A stretch of DNA of 62,582 nucleotides, filler included, from Asterionella formosa (lineage: Eukaryota), in assembly GCA_002256025.1 (NCBI GenBank). It is 23 parts of 23 records of this genome, joined end to end, with 100 filler letters (N's around TTAATTAATTAA, not from the genome) between each part and the next. Parts side by side here need not be neighbours in the genome. Positions count along the whole stretch, not along the records: positions 1 to 1,577 come from NKIB01001875.1; positions 1,678 to 3,254 come from NKIB01001876.1; positions 3,355 to 4,931 come from NKIB01001877.1; positions 5,032 to 6,606 come from NKIB01001878.1; positions 6,707 to 8,280 come from NKIB01001879.1; positions 8,381 to 9,954 come from NKIB01001880.1; positions 10,055 to 11,628 come from NKIB01001881.1; positions 11,729 to 37,525 come from NKIB01001882.1; 15 more parts are not named here. The stretch is one strand, 5' to 3'. Shown piece by piece: positions 1-12,500 of the stretch. Numbering within the stretch: the first letter of the stretch is position 1; each line of letters opens with the position of its first letter. Below the pieces are notes generated by a model. It was not told where the DNA came from and did not search any database. It was given only the letters and a program-made list of their open reading frames with translations. Made by a program: the position numbers and the translations under genes.

Positions 1-1
1 A

Positions 2-972
2 GGGCCGTTCTTATCATTTTTTTTCGTGTATCACGGAATTTGAATTTTTTTGAAAATGTATCAGCAACGGTAACTCGATTTGAACTGAATTTCATTCATT
101 CCAAAAGTGTCACTGTATCACTAATTTGTGATCACAGTGTATCATGGAGTAACAAGGATTGTCAACGGTGACAGGCCAGCTACGAGCATCTAGATATATA
201 TGAGCAGTAATATGCATATGCGTAGCTTAAATAAAAATAACAACCGGAATAAAAAACAAATATCATATCATCTTACGGAGCCTGTGCGGTACATGCTACT
301 AGCCCCTGGTACCAGGTATTGAGAGACTCGTCAACACATTGACCATGTCGATAATCAGCTATTTCTCCATCAAAATGGCAAAGGAGTCGCTGCGCTTTTG
401 CGGTCTAAGATATCATTGTACGAACGATGCAATAGAAAAGGAAATATAGATATATCTTTAAAATTGCATAAGAAATTGCGAATCAACAATGTAGAAGAGG
501 AACATTCGTCATTTTATATGATTGCAAACAGAACTATTGATTTGTTACGGCTAATACGACTACAATAATACTATTATATGACAAAAGTGCTTGCAAAAAG
601 TGGTGTTAGGTTAGTCTTTGTGTTATAGACGCCATTAGATCAATCGATTGCACCAGTGGCGTTTTCAAGTTGCGCTGTGTTGCTGATGTTGATTTTCCCA
701 TCCACAAAATAGATTATATAGTTGGCGCTGGCATGTCTACAGTTATTTTATCAGTGGCAACGGACGTGATACACAGTGATCAACGGCTTGATCAGTGATA
801 CAGCATTGGTCAGGGGTCCAAAAACTGTATCAGTGATACACCCATGATACACCGGTGATCAGACCAAAAAAACCGTTGGTGATACACAAAAAAAACCAAA
901 CCGCCATTTTTGTATCATATTTCGGCGATGATACACCAATGACAACAAATAACAGAATGATAAGAACGGCCC
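2..972. mobile_element. Non-autonomous PIF/Harbinger-type (Tourist-like) MITE
   Basis: 17-bp perfect TIR GGGCCGTTCTTATCATT (2-18) / AATGATAAGAACGGCCC (956-972). TTA follows at 973-975 and base 1 is A, consistent with a TWA target duplication. Subterminal TGTATCA repeats predominate on the left and TGATACA on the right. No credible coding. Confidence 0.85.
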
Positions 973-1067
973 TTAGGAACCAGCGTCACCAAGCAAAAAG
1001 GCAAGGACTTGACTGTGGTACATACGTGGTCTCTCACGATAAGACCCCTGTTGTACCTGGTACCTTG

Positions 1068-1108
1068 TACCATACCATACCATACCATACCATACCATAC
1101 CATACCAT
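1068..1108 (+). repeat. (TACCA)n pentanucleotide microsatellite
   Basis: About 8 tandem TACCA units, flanked by TACCTGGTA (1054) and TACCGGTA (1114). Confidence 0.9.
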
Positions 1109-1577
1109 GTACCTACCGGTACTAGGATACAGAACTTCGATCCAAATTATGGCTTGGTGCCCCCCCCAAAGTACATCAGGTACACACCGGCCCATTGTAC
1201 CAGTAGCTGGTTCTACATTTGTAAAATTTAGCACAACCCAATATTTGTTTTGAATACATAAAAGTAGAGTCATCCTAGTTGATGTCATTCATTTCCTCTT
1301 CATTAAATATATGAATGAACATACCACTTGTAAATAATAAACCATCATGAATCTCTTGACAAATACATGCCACATGCACTGAGGAGCCACAGCCTCACAC
1401 TTGATTGCTACACTCACCATGATGATACCTCTGTTTGTCATTGTTTGATCTTCACCATCAACTCCTTGCTATAACTATGATCGACCAGCAATGCCATCCT
1501 CATTGAGTCTCAGATGTTCTTGGTGACATGTAGTACCATTCGTTCCATGTTCCATGAGCTTGTTGGAAACTTGCAAT

Positions 1578-1677
1578 NNNNNNNNNNNNNNNNNNNNNNN
1601 NNNNNNNNNNNNNNNNNNNNNTTAATTAATTAANNNNNNNNNNNNNNNNNNNNNNNNNNNNNNNNNNNNNNNNNNNN
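1578..1677. other. Artificial contig linker (N44-TTAATTAATTAA-N44), first of 22
   Basis: Identical 100-bp spacers with stops in all six frames start at 1578, 3255, 4932, 6607, 8281, 9955, 11629, 37526, 39200, 40873, 42546, 44214, 45886, 47557, 49225, 50896, 52567, 54238, 55908, 57577, 59246 and 60915. Adjacency across them is not biological. Confidence 0.98.
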
Positions 1678-3254
1678 CTCTCCAGTGATGGTGATATCAA
1701 TGGAATCAATGCCCTGGAGAGATGTGGGTTTAGCCATTGTTTGAAGAAAAAGGCTAACCTCCTCAATCGGGTCAATGTTGGGAGTGACGAAAGTGCCTGC
1801 CAATATTTCATCTGTGTACTTATTCTGGGAGAATGGGGGAATGAAAGTGCTCAGGCGGCCACTAGCTCCAGGGGAAGAGGTGGCCTGGCTGAATTGTTCT
1901 TTGTTTTGATTGATAATCGCTGTGAACAGTTGTGCAGGATCGGAAATAGAGGTGGTTGCCCCAGTGGGAGATCCATCTGGGTGTAGAAGTGGCATTTCCA
2001 CTCGTTGGAGGGTAGAGTGGTGTTGCCCTTTTGCATGTTTTCTAAGTTTTTGAAAGGTATGGCGAACCTCTTCAGCCTTGAGGATGTTGTTCAGAGCAAT
2101 TTCTGCGTTACAATCTGATGTTTGAGCTGCATATAATGCCCGTTCTTCAAGATGTGCGGTGCGTAGTGATTTCGAGTGGGCCTGACACTCATTAAGCTTT
2201 AGACGGGAAGCTTGAAGACAATTTGTCAGGTAATCTAGATCCTGTCTATGGTCAAGGAGGGTGGGTAGGTCTGGAATTTTAAGAGTAGAGAGATTTGATA
2301 GGCTTGCCAGAAAATCACCAAAGCGGATAAGATCGGAGCGTCGCTTTTTCCAAAAAAGGTAGTCCTGTCCACAGCGCATCAGTTTGGGAGACCAGGGATA
2401 GCCATATGAAGCTCGGGCCGATCGTCGTTCAGCATTCAGAAGAGCTGCTGTGATATCTCTGTCAAGTGATTCATAAGCTGCTTGAATTTCCTGTAAGGAG
2501 TTGTTTGAAAGATTAAGATGGACAAGAAGGTTGAGTCGATCAAACACTTTGTGCGAGGTAAGGTATTCGTTGACTGCCCCTAGATATTTGGCACACTGGC
2601 CTGGGTTGCTAAGACGGAGCAGGCGGTGGCTGGGAGCAGTGGGGTCTGTCGAGCTATCCTGGAAGAGTAGTTTTTCGTCGAGATCTACATAGAGTGCTTG
2701 ATGATCGCTATGGGGGCTTTGGTGAAAACTCAGAATACCACCCCTTCGGACTGCTGAAAGGAGAAGTGGAGTGCCATGGATAAAGTCAATGTGGCGTCCT
2801 CTGGAAGAGGTTGATGCATGGGATGGAATGCCGCGGGAAGATAGAAGATCAGTGAGAGAGCATGTACGCAGGAAGAGGGCGATATCAGAATCTGACGCAA
2901 GAGAGTTTGCATCCCACATCAAGAGAACCTCATGATTTTTGGCTGTAAGGGAAATAATGAATGTTTGGAGAGATTGAAGCATTGAGAGCCGTGGATTGGG
3001 GTTATTGTCTTTGTAATGTTCAATTAAGTGGGAACGCTGATGCTCATATGCTGTTTGTGGGCCTGTTCTTTGATTCTGACAGACTCGGTAAGCTGTTATA
3101 ATTGTCAGGCGGTTATGAGAGTGTGAGCGGAGTGTCTGGTAGCTCCATCTGCCTAGAGGATCACTACCTGTGGCTAGAACTCTTCCGCTGCATCTGCCTG
3201 TGACGAATTGTAATGTGCCTCCAGCCTGGGATATAGTGGTCAAGGGAACAGCAT
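1678..3254 (-). mobile_element. Non-LTR retrotransposon (LINE) polyprotein fragment: APE-like endonuclease and linker
   Basis: Open frame of more than 520 aa running off both contig ends, with DPLGRWS, IITAYRVC, LMWDAN, IDFIHG and SDHQALYVD motifs of the AP-endonuclease fold of LINE ORF2. Confidence 0.85.
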
Positions 3255-3354
3255 NNNNNNNNNNNNNNNNNNNNNNNNNNNNNNNNNNNNNNNNNNNNTT
3301 AATTAATTAANNNNNNNNNNNNNNNNNNNNNNNNNNNNNNNNNNNNNNNNNNNN

Positions 3355-3622
3355 ATGCATGTGAAGTACCACATAATTAACACTCGTACGTAAACGAAAT
3401 TTCGAAAAGTCAAATGAATTATTTGAAACATCAACTAATTCAGTCTCGCGTTCAAAATTCATTGTGAAAACTTCACATGAAACAGTTAAAACTTCACATA
3501 AAACAGTTAAAAGTAATCTTTTTTACGTGAAGAGTGGCATTAGTGCATGTGAAGTACCACATAATTAACACTCATACGTAGACGAAATTTCGAAAAGTGG
3601 CGTATTTCGCGTCTTAGATGTG
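3355..3622 (-). mobile_element. Terminus of a repeated element (5'-CACATCTAAGACGCG...) with ~190-bp subterminal tandem repeats
   Basis: Reverse complement of 44001-44213, with homology ending sharply at the same CAC terminus and different flanks. Internal direct repeat GCATGTGAAGTACCACATAATTAACACTC at ~3357 and ~3545. Confidence 0.65.
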
Positions 3623-5031
3623 ACATCACCTTTTAAAAATATTCAGGCGGTATGAGAAAATATTTCCTTTCAAAGATTAATTTAAGATCCGTATTGACGA
3701 TTTTGTCAGCACAAAATATGGAATGACGTCATTTTGCATGCTCCTTTCTTACCAAAATGGAGAACATCGACTGGAACTCCTTGCGTGTCGACCTGAGACA
3801 GTACATTTGAGATTTTTTCATGAAATCACCACCACAATCACAAGCCACGAAATGAGTTGAAAAAACAAGAGGAGGACCAACGGACAGATGATAACTTTAA
3901 GTGATTGATATGCAAGGTCAGAATGATTTCTTGAAGAATATACTGGCGCTATGACAGACACTTGCTTACAACCCGGGTACCTGGTAAGACTTCTACTAGG
4001 CACCAGTAATAATAAATTGAAACTCAGCACTTGCTAACGCGCCTCCTAGGAGTTACACGTGGAATTTCATAGCATAGCCTGCCTGCCGACAAGACCTTGT
4101 GCTTCCCTAGTTTAGTTAGCGTAGTAGATGATTCCCAAGCATCTTTCGCGAAAGCTGATCCTATTACATAGCCGCAGAGTTGGGGGAAACTCCGACAGCC
4201 TAGTATGTAGGAAGGCGGCACACTGCAACCCACTTTTCCTTGCACACCAGGCAAGACCGTGTGGGACGGTGAAGAGTCGTGTGGGTGGCGAACCCAACAA
4301 TTGCTTCTCAAAACGAATTCGGGAATATAACCACACAAATTCAAATCAAAGGCAATGTGCAGCATGCCCTTAGGAGCCATAGCCAACGAAAGATGTGGAG
4401 CGATGTTCTTAAGCCATAATCACCCAGTAACACTAACATGTGTCAAAGAGAAGTGCGATTTTATGTTTAGATTTAACGTGCTATACAATTTTCTTGAACT
4501 ACAAAATCAGCCAGTAACGGCAGAAATCAACCTGAGACGCGCACTTGACCTTATGTTGGATTGGGGAGCAATACAAGAAATCTGCGTTAAAATCAAGATG
4601 CTATGAAACCAGATTTGTGTCTAGCATATTTAGAACTACAAGGCGCCTTTCTCGCATGAAATACATTTCAATCCTGTTTACTTCCCCTATCATGAAAGTA
4701 TGAAGCAAAAAATACCGGACTATACTATCTTAGGAGCAAACTTCCAACAAGACAGTTCCAGAAATGAAATAGAGACGAACCTACCAAGAGGAGACCTCGA
4801 AGTTAGCAAACAGCTCTCCCGTAGGAGGATTCTCCATTGTCGCTGGCAAAACAGCATTCCTAGCCCCATCTGAAGGGTTCCGCGCACCATTCTGAGATGT
4901 CATGTCAGTCTTACAGTACCCAGGACAGCAGNNNNNNNNNNNNNNNNNNNNNNNNNNNNNNNNNNNNNNNNNNNNTTAATTAATTAANNNNNNNNNNNNN
5001 NNNNNNNNNNNNNNNNNNNNNNNNNNNNNNN

Positions 5032-6302
5032 AAACTTACCGGTACATTTTTGTCATCTTAACTTTGAGAGAAGGTAAACGTTTTGTCAGCTTTGTTCCAA
5101 CAGAAGTGAATAGGTCCAACGAGCGACAAGAGCACTTACGCAATTTGGTTTTGTTTTACATTGGTGCTCCCTAACAAGCGAAACGAGCTGTTTGATCAAC
5201 TGAGAAAAAAGGAAATGTGGCTGCGTTTAGTTAACAATTTGTTGTTGTCCTGCCTCCCAACGATTGTCATCCAAGTAGCTACCACATTGATGGCTTCATT
5301 ACCTTAAACATTCTCCATCCTTCTATTGCGCAATGTGTCGAAGTCACAATGTTTTTCGTTATGTATTGTGAAAATTTTCTTTTCTTTTAATGTGCTTTAC
5401 TACGACGTATCTTTTCATGAAGCAGCAGGCATTGTTTGTTAACATGACAGAAAGATTTCAAAAATATATATATGCCATGAATATAGAAATAAAATTTGTA
5501 AATATATATATATATTCAGTGTTGTACATTTATAAAATTCAAACGCGCTCTCGACATGGAACATCTGATATGGTTGAGATGATCATACTCACATATACAT
5601 AATTCGAAAATACTCAATGCACTATATGTCCATTGTTTTCCACGACTACGTGTACCGGAACTGTTTCTGAAATTTGTTTGCATCGATATTTTCTACGTCC
5701 GTTGAAACTAATTATTTAGACCGTTAAATAGCCGCCAGGGTTTTGGTAGCAAATTGTTTAAGCCCCTATTTTGGTTGGGAGCTCTTCATGTGTACCGGTA
5801 CATCATATGACAATAACAATATATCATATATATATACAGAGTACCAGTAGCAGGTAGTAAGTGATATACTGGGGGTAGTCGGAGTAGTACCGGTAAACTA
5901 GCAACAGAACACCATATGTTCAGGACTGTTGCTACTGCAGTGGGACAGTAAATCATCATATTTTTAGGATCGTATGATCATAAAACTAAAAACCAAAAGA
6001 ACACCATATGTTTATGACTCTTGTAATTACATTGGGACAGTAAATCATCATAGTTTTAGGATCGTATGATCGTAAAACTAAAAACAATTAGAACACCATA
6101 TGTTCATGACTGTTGCAATTACAGTGGGACAGTAAATCATCATAGTTTTAGGATTGTATGATCGTGAAACTGAAAAGCGGTACCAGTAGTCGGAGTAATA
6201 AGCAAGCAATAGAACACCATAGTAAATCATCATGGTTTTAGGATTGTATAAATAGAACACCATATACATATGTCTATGACTGCTGCTACTACAGCGGGAC
6301 AG
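5032..6302 (-). repeat. Interspersed repeat family A, copy 1, with ~85-115-bp tandem subrepeats
   Basis: Reverse-complement homologous to 30146-31462 and 41070-42025. Repeated unit GAACACCATATGTT...GGGACAGTAAATCATCAT at ~5907, 6000 and 6091. Confidence 0.85.
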
Positions 6303-6321
6303 TACCGGTAAATGAATTTAA

Positions 6322-6606
6322 GATCATCGAACTTTAAGGAAGACAACGACAACAGCTGGTCGTGTGGCCGTTGCTGGTCCACTTTTAATGGCGGAAGAAG
6401 GAAGCGACAAAAAGATCACCATTACGAGCGGAAAGAAAGAAATCGCTTACGACGCCAAGTCTGGACGATTCTTTGAGAATAACTTGCAGGAAGAAGAATG
6501 CATTCCTGACGAGGAATACTGTGTCGTCGATCCGGAAAGTGGGGAACTCATTCGTCTCACAGTAGCCGAAAAGGAGCGTATCTTTCTGGACGAGCTTCAG
6601 TCCTAC
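6322..6606 (+). pseudogene. PGRL1: PGRL1-like (PGR5-like 1) N-terminal fragment; 5' end disrupted, 3' end cut by contig end
   Basis: ECIPDEEYCVVDPESGELIRLTVAEKERIFLDELQSY resembles the PGRL1 YC...T..E.E..FL.ALQS.Y block. An upstream T/R/A-rich transit-peptide-like stretch is present, but there is an in-frame stop at 6319 and no signal peptide before repeat family A. Confidence 0.6.
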
Positions 6607-6706
6607 NNNNNNNNNNNNNNNNNNNNNNNNNNNNNNNNNNNNNNNNNNNNTTAATTAATTAANNNNNNNNNNNNNNNNNNNNNNNNNNNNNNNNNNNNNN
6701 NNNNNN

Positions 6707-8050
6707 TCTGTACTGAATATGGTGCAACTCACCGTTTGTTATGATAACTGCTGGCAGCAGTGGTCCAGCAGGAATAAGTACAACTCCGTAAGTGGACATG
6801 CTTTTTGTATTGGTGGCTACATGAAAAGATACTCGACTAGACAGTGAATTCTAATGTCTGTAATGTGTGCGAGAGGGCTAGTATACGTTACAAGAAACAA
6901 ATTAAGGAACATATTTGCCCCAAGAATCAGATAACAGGTACTAGTGTGAAGGCAATGGAACCAGAAACCGGTGGGGAAATGATGATTGATGCAGTTATGA
7001 AAAACAATGTTATCTACTATACAATCATCTGTGACGATGATTCTACTATTATAGCTGTTTCTAAGTGGTCCTATAAGGAGTTACTAAAACTGCAGCCATC
7101 CTTCCAAAGGCCAAGAACATTGAAAGCATTAAAAAATCGGATAAAGGATGCCTTCCACTGACTGTACCCAAACATAAATCTCTTTCTGACCCATCCCACA
7201 GAGTAGTATCATGGGTCCTTGTTCGCCGCCCTGCTTTTCTGAAATCCAATGGCCCGGTCTCCCTCAAGTGTCCTTCAACAACAGATTATTTTCGGTTAAA
7301 AGTTTGTTACTATGGGGGCAGTTGGATATAAAAATCGAAACATTTTTCTGACCGATTTTTGTAGTTCCTCCAAGGCACCAATCAACCATTTATTGGGCTG
7401 TCATGATTACTGCTCGGAGACATGGTGGTGCCCTGTAAAAACAGATGCATGGTTAGTAACAGAAAATATCATTACAAGGAAAAGGAAAAAATTTACGAAT
7501 GGTTAATGTTGAATGTTGCAACGAAAGTCGAAGGCGAAAGGCTTATATCATTGCATCATCCCTTTGACGCACAGAACAATGAGGCAATGAACAATGCAGC
7601 AGTGGTCGTGGTGTCGCAACGATGTCTGAAAAACAAGGTGCTTTCGGGATCCAGAGGCTTTCAATATCGAGTGGCTTTGGTTGCTGGGCAACCCAACACA
7701 ATACAGATGGGACTTATATGAGTAATGTCGAATGCAGATGCCAGCATTGCAAGAATCCTTTGGGAGACTAAAGGAAAAGAGACATAGTGACAATGGAGCC
7801 TATAAAGTGCAATTCAAATGAAAGAGGAAATGAATCAAAAAAATATATGCACCATGATTTGAAACAATCAAACAAGAAAGGCAAGAAAACAAATCAGGTT
7901 AGACCTACAGTGCTCGTGTTGCTCTTAGAAGGGAAAATCAGGAAACAAGAAGAAAAGGAATGAATGTCTACAATCATTGTGGCCACAATGATCATCAAAG
8001 AAAAGGCGGCACACTCTGTCCATTCAATGCAGGCAAAGTACCTTCTAGTA
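6707..8050 (+). mobile_element. Decayed Kolobok-type DDE transposase
   Basis: Across broken frames: YNSVSGHAFCIG, C..C...HICPKN..G.S.KAME, IICDDDST, HLLGCHDYC...WCP, H.FDAQNNEAMN, and a C-terminal CGHNDH...CPFN knuckle. Several stops and frameshifts. Downstream DNA (8150-8280) is homologous to 45185-45325 in a TTAA-flanked TIR element. Confidence 0.7.
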
Positions 8051-8380
8051 AAGGTATGCAGACAATCACTGATGATCAGCTACCTAGTACTGGGGATATT
8101 ATACTGGTCAACACCCAAGGAAATGTTAAACCATGTATCCAATGTGCCCAGCATCGGGTTGCAAGACCATGCAAAACAAGCCAATAAAATGTCAGTAAGT
8201 AATTGAACTTTACCAATCATAATATTTATAGTGAAGCGGGCACTTACAATGGAATTTTTTGTACAGGCGATTCTAGGACGNNNNNNNNNNNNNNNNNNNN
8301 NNNNNNNNNNNNNNNNNNNNNNNNTTAATTAATTAANNNNNNNNNNNNNNNNNNNNNNNNNNNNNNNNNNNNNNNNNNNN

Positions 8381-9540
8381 GCTCGTTGTGTTTGTACTTG
8401 ACTTGGCAGCTGTCAGCCAAGAGCAGCCATGGCATGTCACCATTTATTGTCTATACAAGTTTCGAATGCGTTCAGCTATGATATCTTTTGCTCCCCCCTC
8501 CTAAACACTATCTCACCACCCTTGTCGTAGATTTTTCTTTATCCTTCGGCTTCACAGGCCCAGGTTACTCAATGCCTTCATCTGCAAGGAGTTCAGCCAA
8601 GCAGGTCCACGTTGGCGTCAAGAAAACCTCAACCCCGATTTTCCTCACATGCTCCACCCATTGACTTCTTCATTGATGAAGTCGAGGTAGCTATACTGAC
8701 GACATCAGGTGGCGCAGGCTTGTGTATAGATTGATGATGCTGAAAGCATTGCTTCCTTTTCCGGTAGGTATCTATTTGTCAACATTGTTTGGTTCAATCC
8801 ATTCTTGTTCCCGCAAGGAGACCAGAAGCAATTATCCCTTTACTTCTCCTCCCAAGAACCTTCATTTCTCTTTCACAATTGTCCTGATGATGTTTGCAGA
8901 GCACCATTTTTAGTTCCCTTGTTTTGATTTTTCCACTGGTTTCGATCCCTTTTGCATTCAAGTCAAGAAACAAGCAACTCATTGAGATTTCTGGAGGTCT
9001 CGGTCAGTGGCACCATAAAACAACAATCAACAGATCATGGCGGCTGTTCTACATTTTCTGTAGCAAGTGACATTCAAAAAGGGACTGGGATCATTGGGAA
9101 GAAAAATTAGTAGGATTCTCTGTGTTTGCCCCCGCCCGTTTGGCAGCCATTCTACCATTGCTTCCTCTGAATCAATACTAGCTAGTAGTATAGCTAATGA
9201 AAACCGTAATTAGATGAAATGTGACTTCCGGTTTCCAATATTTTACATTGTTGCACTACTGAAACTTGAATCCATAAATGGGCATTCAACTTGTGCTTGC
9301 TTCTTGCATTTTTGCAGTATAGACTGGCTGGTGGGCGATAGGCCAAGCAAAGTGTCTCGCTTTTCATGAACATCGACAAGGTACTAGTGCTTTTGTCGAG
9401 GTTTGTGTCTAAATCCAACTGCTGCCATCCATTAAAATATTCCAGATACATCAAAGAATAGCTACGCTCCTGTCTTCAAAGGTAAGGAACTAGTACGATG
9501 ACAAAGAAAATCTAATGAGACATAAAAATTACGAAACCAG
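8381..9540 (-). mobile_element. Decayed IS630/Tc1-like transposase remnant, copy 1
   Basis: Near-duplicate of 42868-44000. The minus strand keeps LADEGIE* (cf. ELAGEGIEYSWG) and DFINEE blocks recalled from diatom IS630/Tc1-like transposases. Many stops. Confidence 0.55.
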
Positions 9541-10169
9541 AATCACTCTATTACTATAAATAGACGGCACAGTCTAATGCTTCTTTGTGCATATCGCCTG
9601 CTATGCTGCGTTTCAATTCTAGATGTATTACGTTCTTCTTGTTAGAGAGACGATGTTACGGAGAAGTAGATTGTGCTGTTCTATAATGGATGTTGTTTAG
9701 CTATGATTGATTTTGTAACACTGATTGATGCTCTGGTGACAGACCGGCTGGACATTTTCGTCTTGTGTGATGAGCCATTTCGTTTTCATTGGATTTCTTT
9801 TCAAGCTCTTAACGGATTGCATAGTACGAACATACTGTGCAATGTAGATGATGATTCATCGAAGACATATGATGACTTGAACGACAAATGAAGATTTTAT
9901 CACAAAATCTCGTTCCTCTCGACATGGCTGCTTTGTCGTTGTTGCAAGAATCAGNNNNNNNNNNNNNNNNNNNNNNNNNNNNNNNNNNNNNNNNNNNNTT
10001 AATTAATTAANNNNNNNNNNNNNNNNNNNNNNNNNNNNNNNNNNNNNNNNNNNNTAATGGAAGTAGTTACCAGCAATTATACAGTACTACCGGTAGGCCA
10101 TATGAATTTTGGTCGATATGTCTATATAAATAAATGTATGATTTCGACCATTTGAAAAATTGGTGATGA

Positions 10170-11250
10170 CTCCCGTTTATTAAGGGGCTTAATTAAATCA
10201 GCCACTGACTTGTAGGTACAGTACAAGAATTGACACAAAACAAATTGAAATAACTCAACAGGTTGTGGAAAACTATGAACTCATCATGCATTGTATTATA
10301 TATTTGAATTATGTATAATCAAAATTGATATTAGTATACACATGATGTGCCATATAGTGAGCGTGTTTAAAACTATGCAAATGTTCAACTATGTATACAT
10401 TTAAACTTCTTACAAATCTTTATATATATATATATAGTATTCATGGCTGAAACATTTGAAATCATGTTTTCATGTTCCTTGTCATGCATACACTTAGCTC
10501 CTGAAATGAAAAATCATTACACATGATGATGCGGAAAACGAAAGTGATAATACAGCACAATGATACTTGCGGCTTAGAAGAGAAGGGCGGAATCAATTGA
10601 TGGTAAGTCAAGAGCAAATGCCTTTCATGTTCCTTGTCATGCTGCATCCACTTCCTCAAATGAAGGATCTCAAGCAACACATGATGCGAAAAACTGAAGT
10701 GACAATACAGCACGATGATACACCATGCGGCTAAGAAGGAGTGAATATGATGGAGAAGGGCGGAATCAACAAGCTCTGCATACTAGCATCACGGTTTGTC
10801 AAGAGCAAATGCCAGGATGATCCATTGCTGGGATTACAAATACGGAATGACTTGTCCCCTTTCAGTGATTCAATAGCTCCTTTTCGATTTGGTGGCTGGC
10901 CAACCATCAATGTGGACAAAAGAAATCGGTAAGCTCTATCAGCTATCTTTGGATCAATCCACAACTGTTAGAAAAACTGACACATGTGTGTTGCTTTTTT
11001 CAGGATAATGGTAGACAAACAGTATTTGTAAGTTACAAACAGCAGTGTTGGAGCCCATTTATTGATCGATACTTTGCTTCTCATTCAATCTTCAACTGAC
11101 ACATTCTTTTACAGAAATATGCATCAGTTACTTCCTCAATTTGTGGTAAGTGAAGCAAGATAGAAGCGAAATGCATGTTGTTGTGTAAGCAAAACATGAA
11201 CAGCTAACAATGAATTGCTTCTCTTGTTAGTATGGCTGATTGGAACAACG
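10170..11250 (+). repeat. Diverged copy of repeat family A
   Basis: Blocks such as AAGGGGCTTAA, GTGGAAAAC...CATGCATTG and ATATGCATCAGTT...TGTGGTAAGTGAAGCA...AGCTAACAA match 30476-31410 in the same order. Confidence 0.6.
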
Positions 11251-11728
11251 AAACAGATTCAATAGTAATAGGAAAATGCGTGAATGCAAACTCAGATCCA
11301 TCAGGAGTAAGAAATGGAACAAAGCAGGGGAACAACGGCAAGGCAACCAGTACAACAACCTTCAGAATTGGATTGGGGGGAATGTGGAAGTGAAAGTGAA
11401 AGCTGAAGCACCAATCATTGCAATGAGAGAATTGTAGAACATTCTGTAGTCACTCAAGATATAGAATCATAAAACCATTCTTAAATACAGTTCTAAATTT
11501 CGATCAATTTCATCCTATTTTAGACAGTGATATCGATGAGAATTACAATCATGCTAAGATAGATGTATGACAAAAGTATACACATTATATGCCCATGTTT
11601 AACTAATTATATGATGCAATGGTATTATNNNNNNNNNNNNNNNNNNNNNNNNNNNNNNNNNNNNNNNNNNNNTTAATTAATTAANNNNNNNNNNNNNNNN
11701 NNNNNNNNNNNNNNNNNNNNNNNNNNNN

Positions 11729-12500
11729 GATAGCCGTCCACTGCCCCAGGATTAGTGGGCTTGAACTTGACCACGAAGTCAATTCCTTCCTTGCTGCTCA
11801 ATGATCCTTCCGAAGGAACAACAGTGAAATCACCTGGAGTTTCCGAAGTAAGGCCGCCCGAAAATCAGCGTATCCCATGAACTCATTCTTTAGATTGAAT
11901 TCGTGAATTCGGATCTGACCAATGCGGGAGACGAGCTCAATAGTTTGCTATCCGGGACAACAGCACCAAATGCTTTCTCAAAATCGAAATCCTGTAGTTT
12001 TGCGAGAGACCTCGAGTTAGATATTGCATAACAACTGATCAAAAATTAAATAATTCTAAGTCAATCTTTAATGACCATACCTGATTCCTCTGAACTCCAA
12101 ACTTGGCAAGAGCCCGCCAGTCTTCTTCGGTGGACACGGAGTCAAAACTTTCAGTCAGTTCCCTGTGCGCATTCTTCTTTCGGCGGAGTTCCTGCTGGTT
12201 CATCCAGTTCTACATTTGCTGCGCCCGAACTACTTCTACTCCTTTTTCAATCAAGTTAGAAGCGTATCCCGTCGAGGTACCCCATGCGTTCTTGGCACTC
12301 ATCGTCTTGGACTTCGCGAAGGAAGGGGACACGTCACTTCCAAACTTCTCGAGACCTTTCTTACCATCTCCAGCCACACCCATTTGGCCATCACCTCCAT
12401 CGAATTCATCTCCAAAGTCAGCATATTTGTCCCACTTTGCAGGTCCGAAACGATCAATATCTTCCTTCCTTTGATTGGTAACTTCTTTCTTGGTTCCTTC
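11729..12500 (-). pseudogene. Disrupted copy of a conserved algal hypothetical protein gene with one intron (11992-12080)
   Basis: Protein-like reading DEFDGGDGQMGVAGDG...KNAWGTSTGYA...RAQQM*NWMNQQE...EEDWRALAKFGVQRNQ, an 89-bp GT..AG intron, then DFDFEKAFG.../KNEFMGYADFRAA/...PSEGSLS...FVVKFKP. Premature TAG at 12210 and two frameshifts. Confidence 0.7.

Noticed and set aside
855..1288. ORFs with YHTIP / MVWYG repeats
   Set aside because: These are translations of the (TACCA)n microsatellite and the MITE end.
5900..6300. Repeat-spacer pattern resembling CRISPR
   Set aside because: The intervening sequences are homologous to each other, so these are tandem subrepeats of family A.
12210..12212. 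Stop-codon reassignment or readthrough (TAG at a likely Glu position)
   Set aside because: The same gene also has frameshifts, and the intact genes use the standard code, so pseudogenisation is the simpler explanation.
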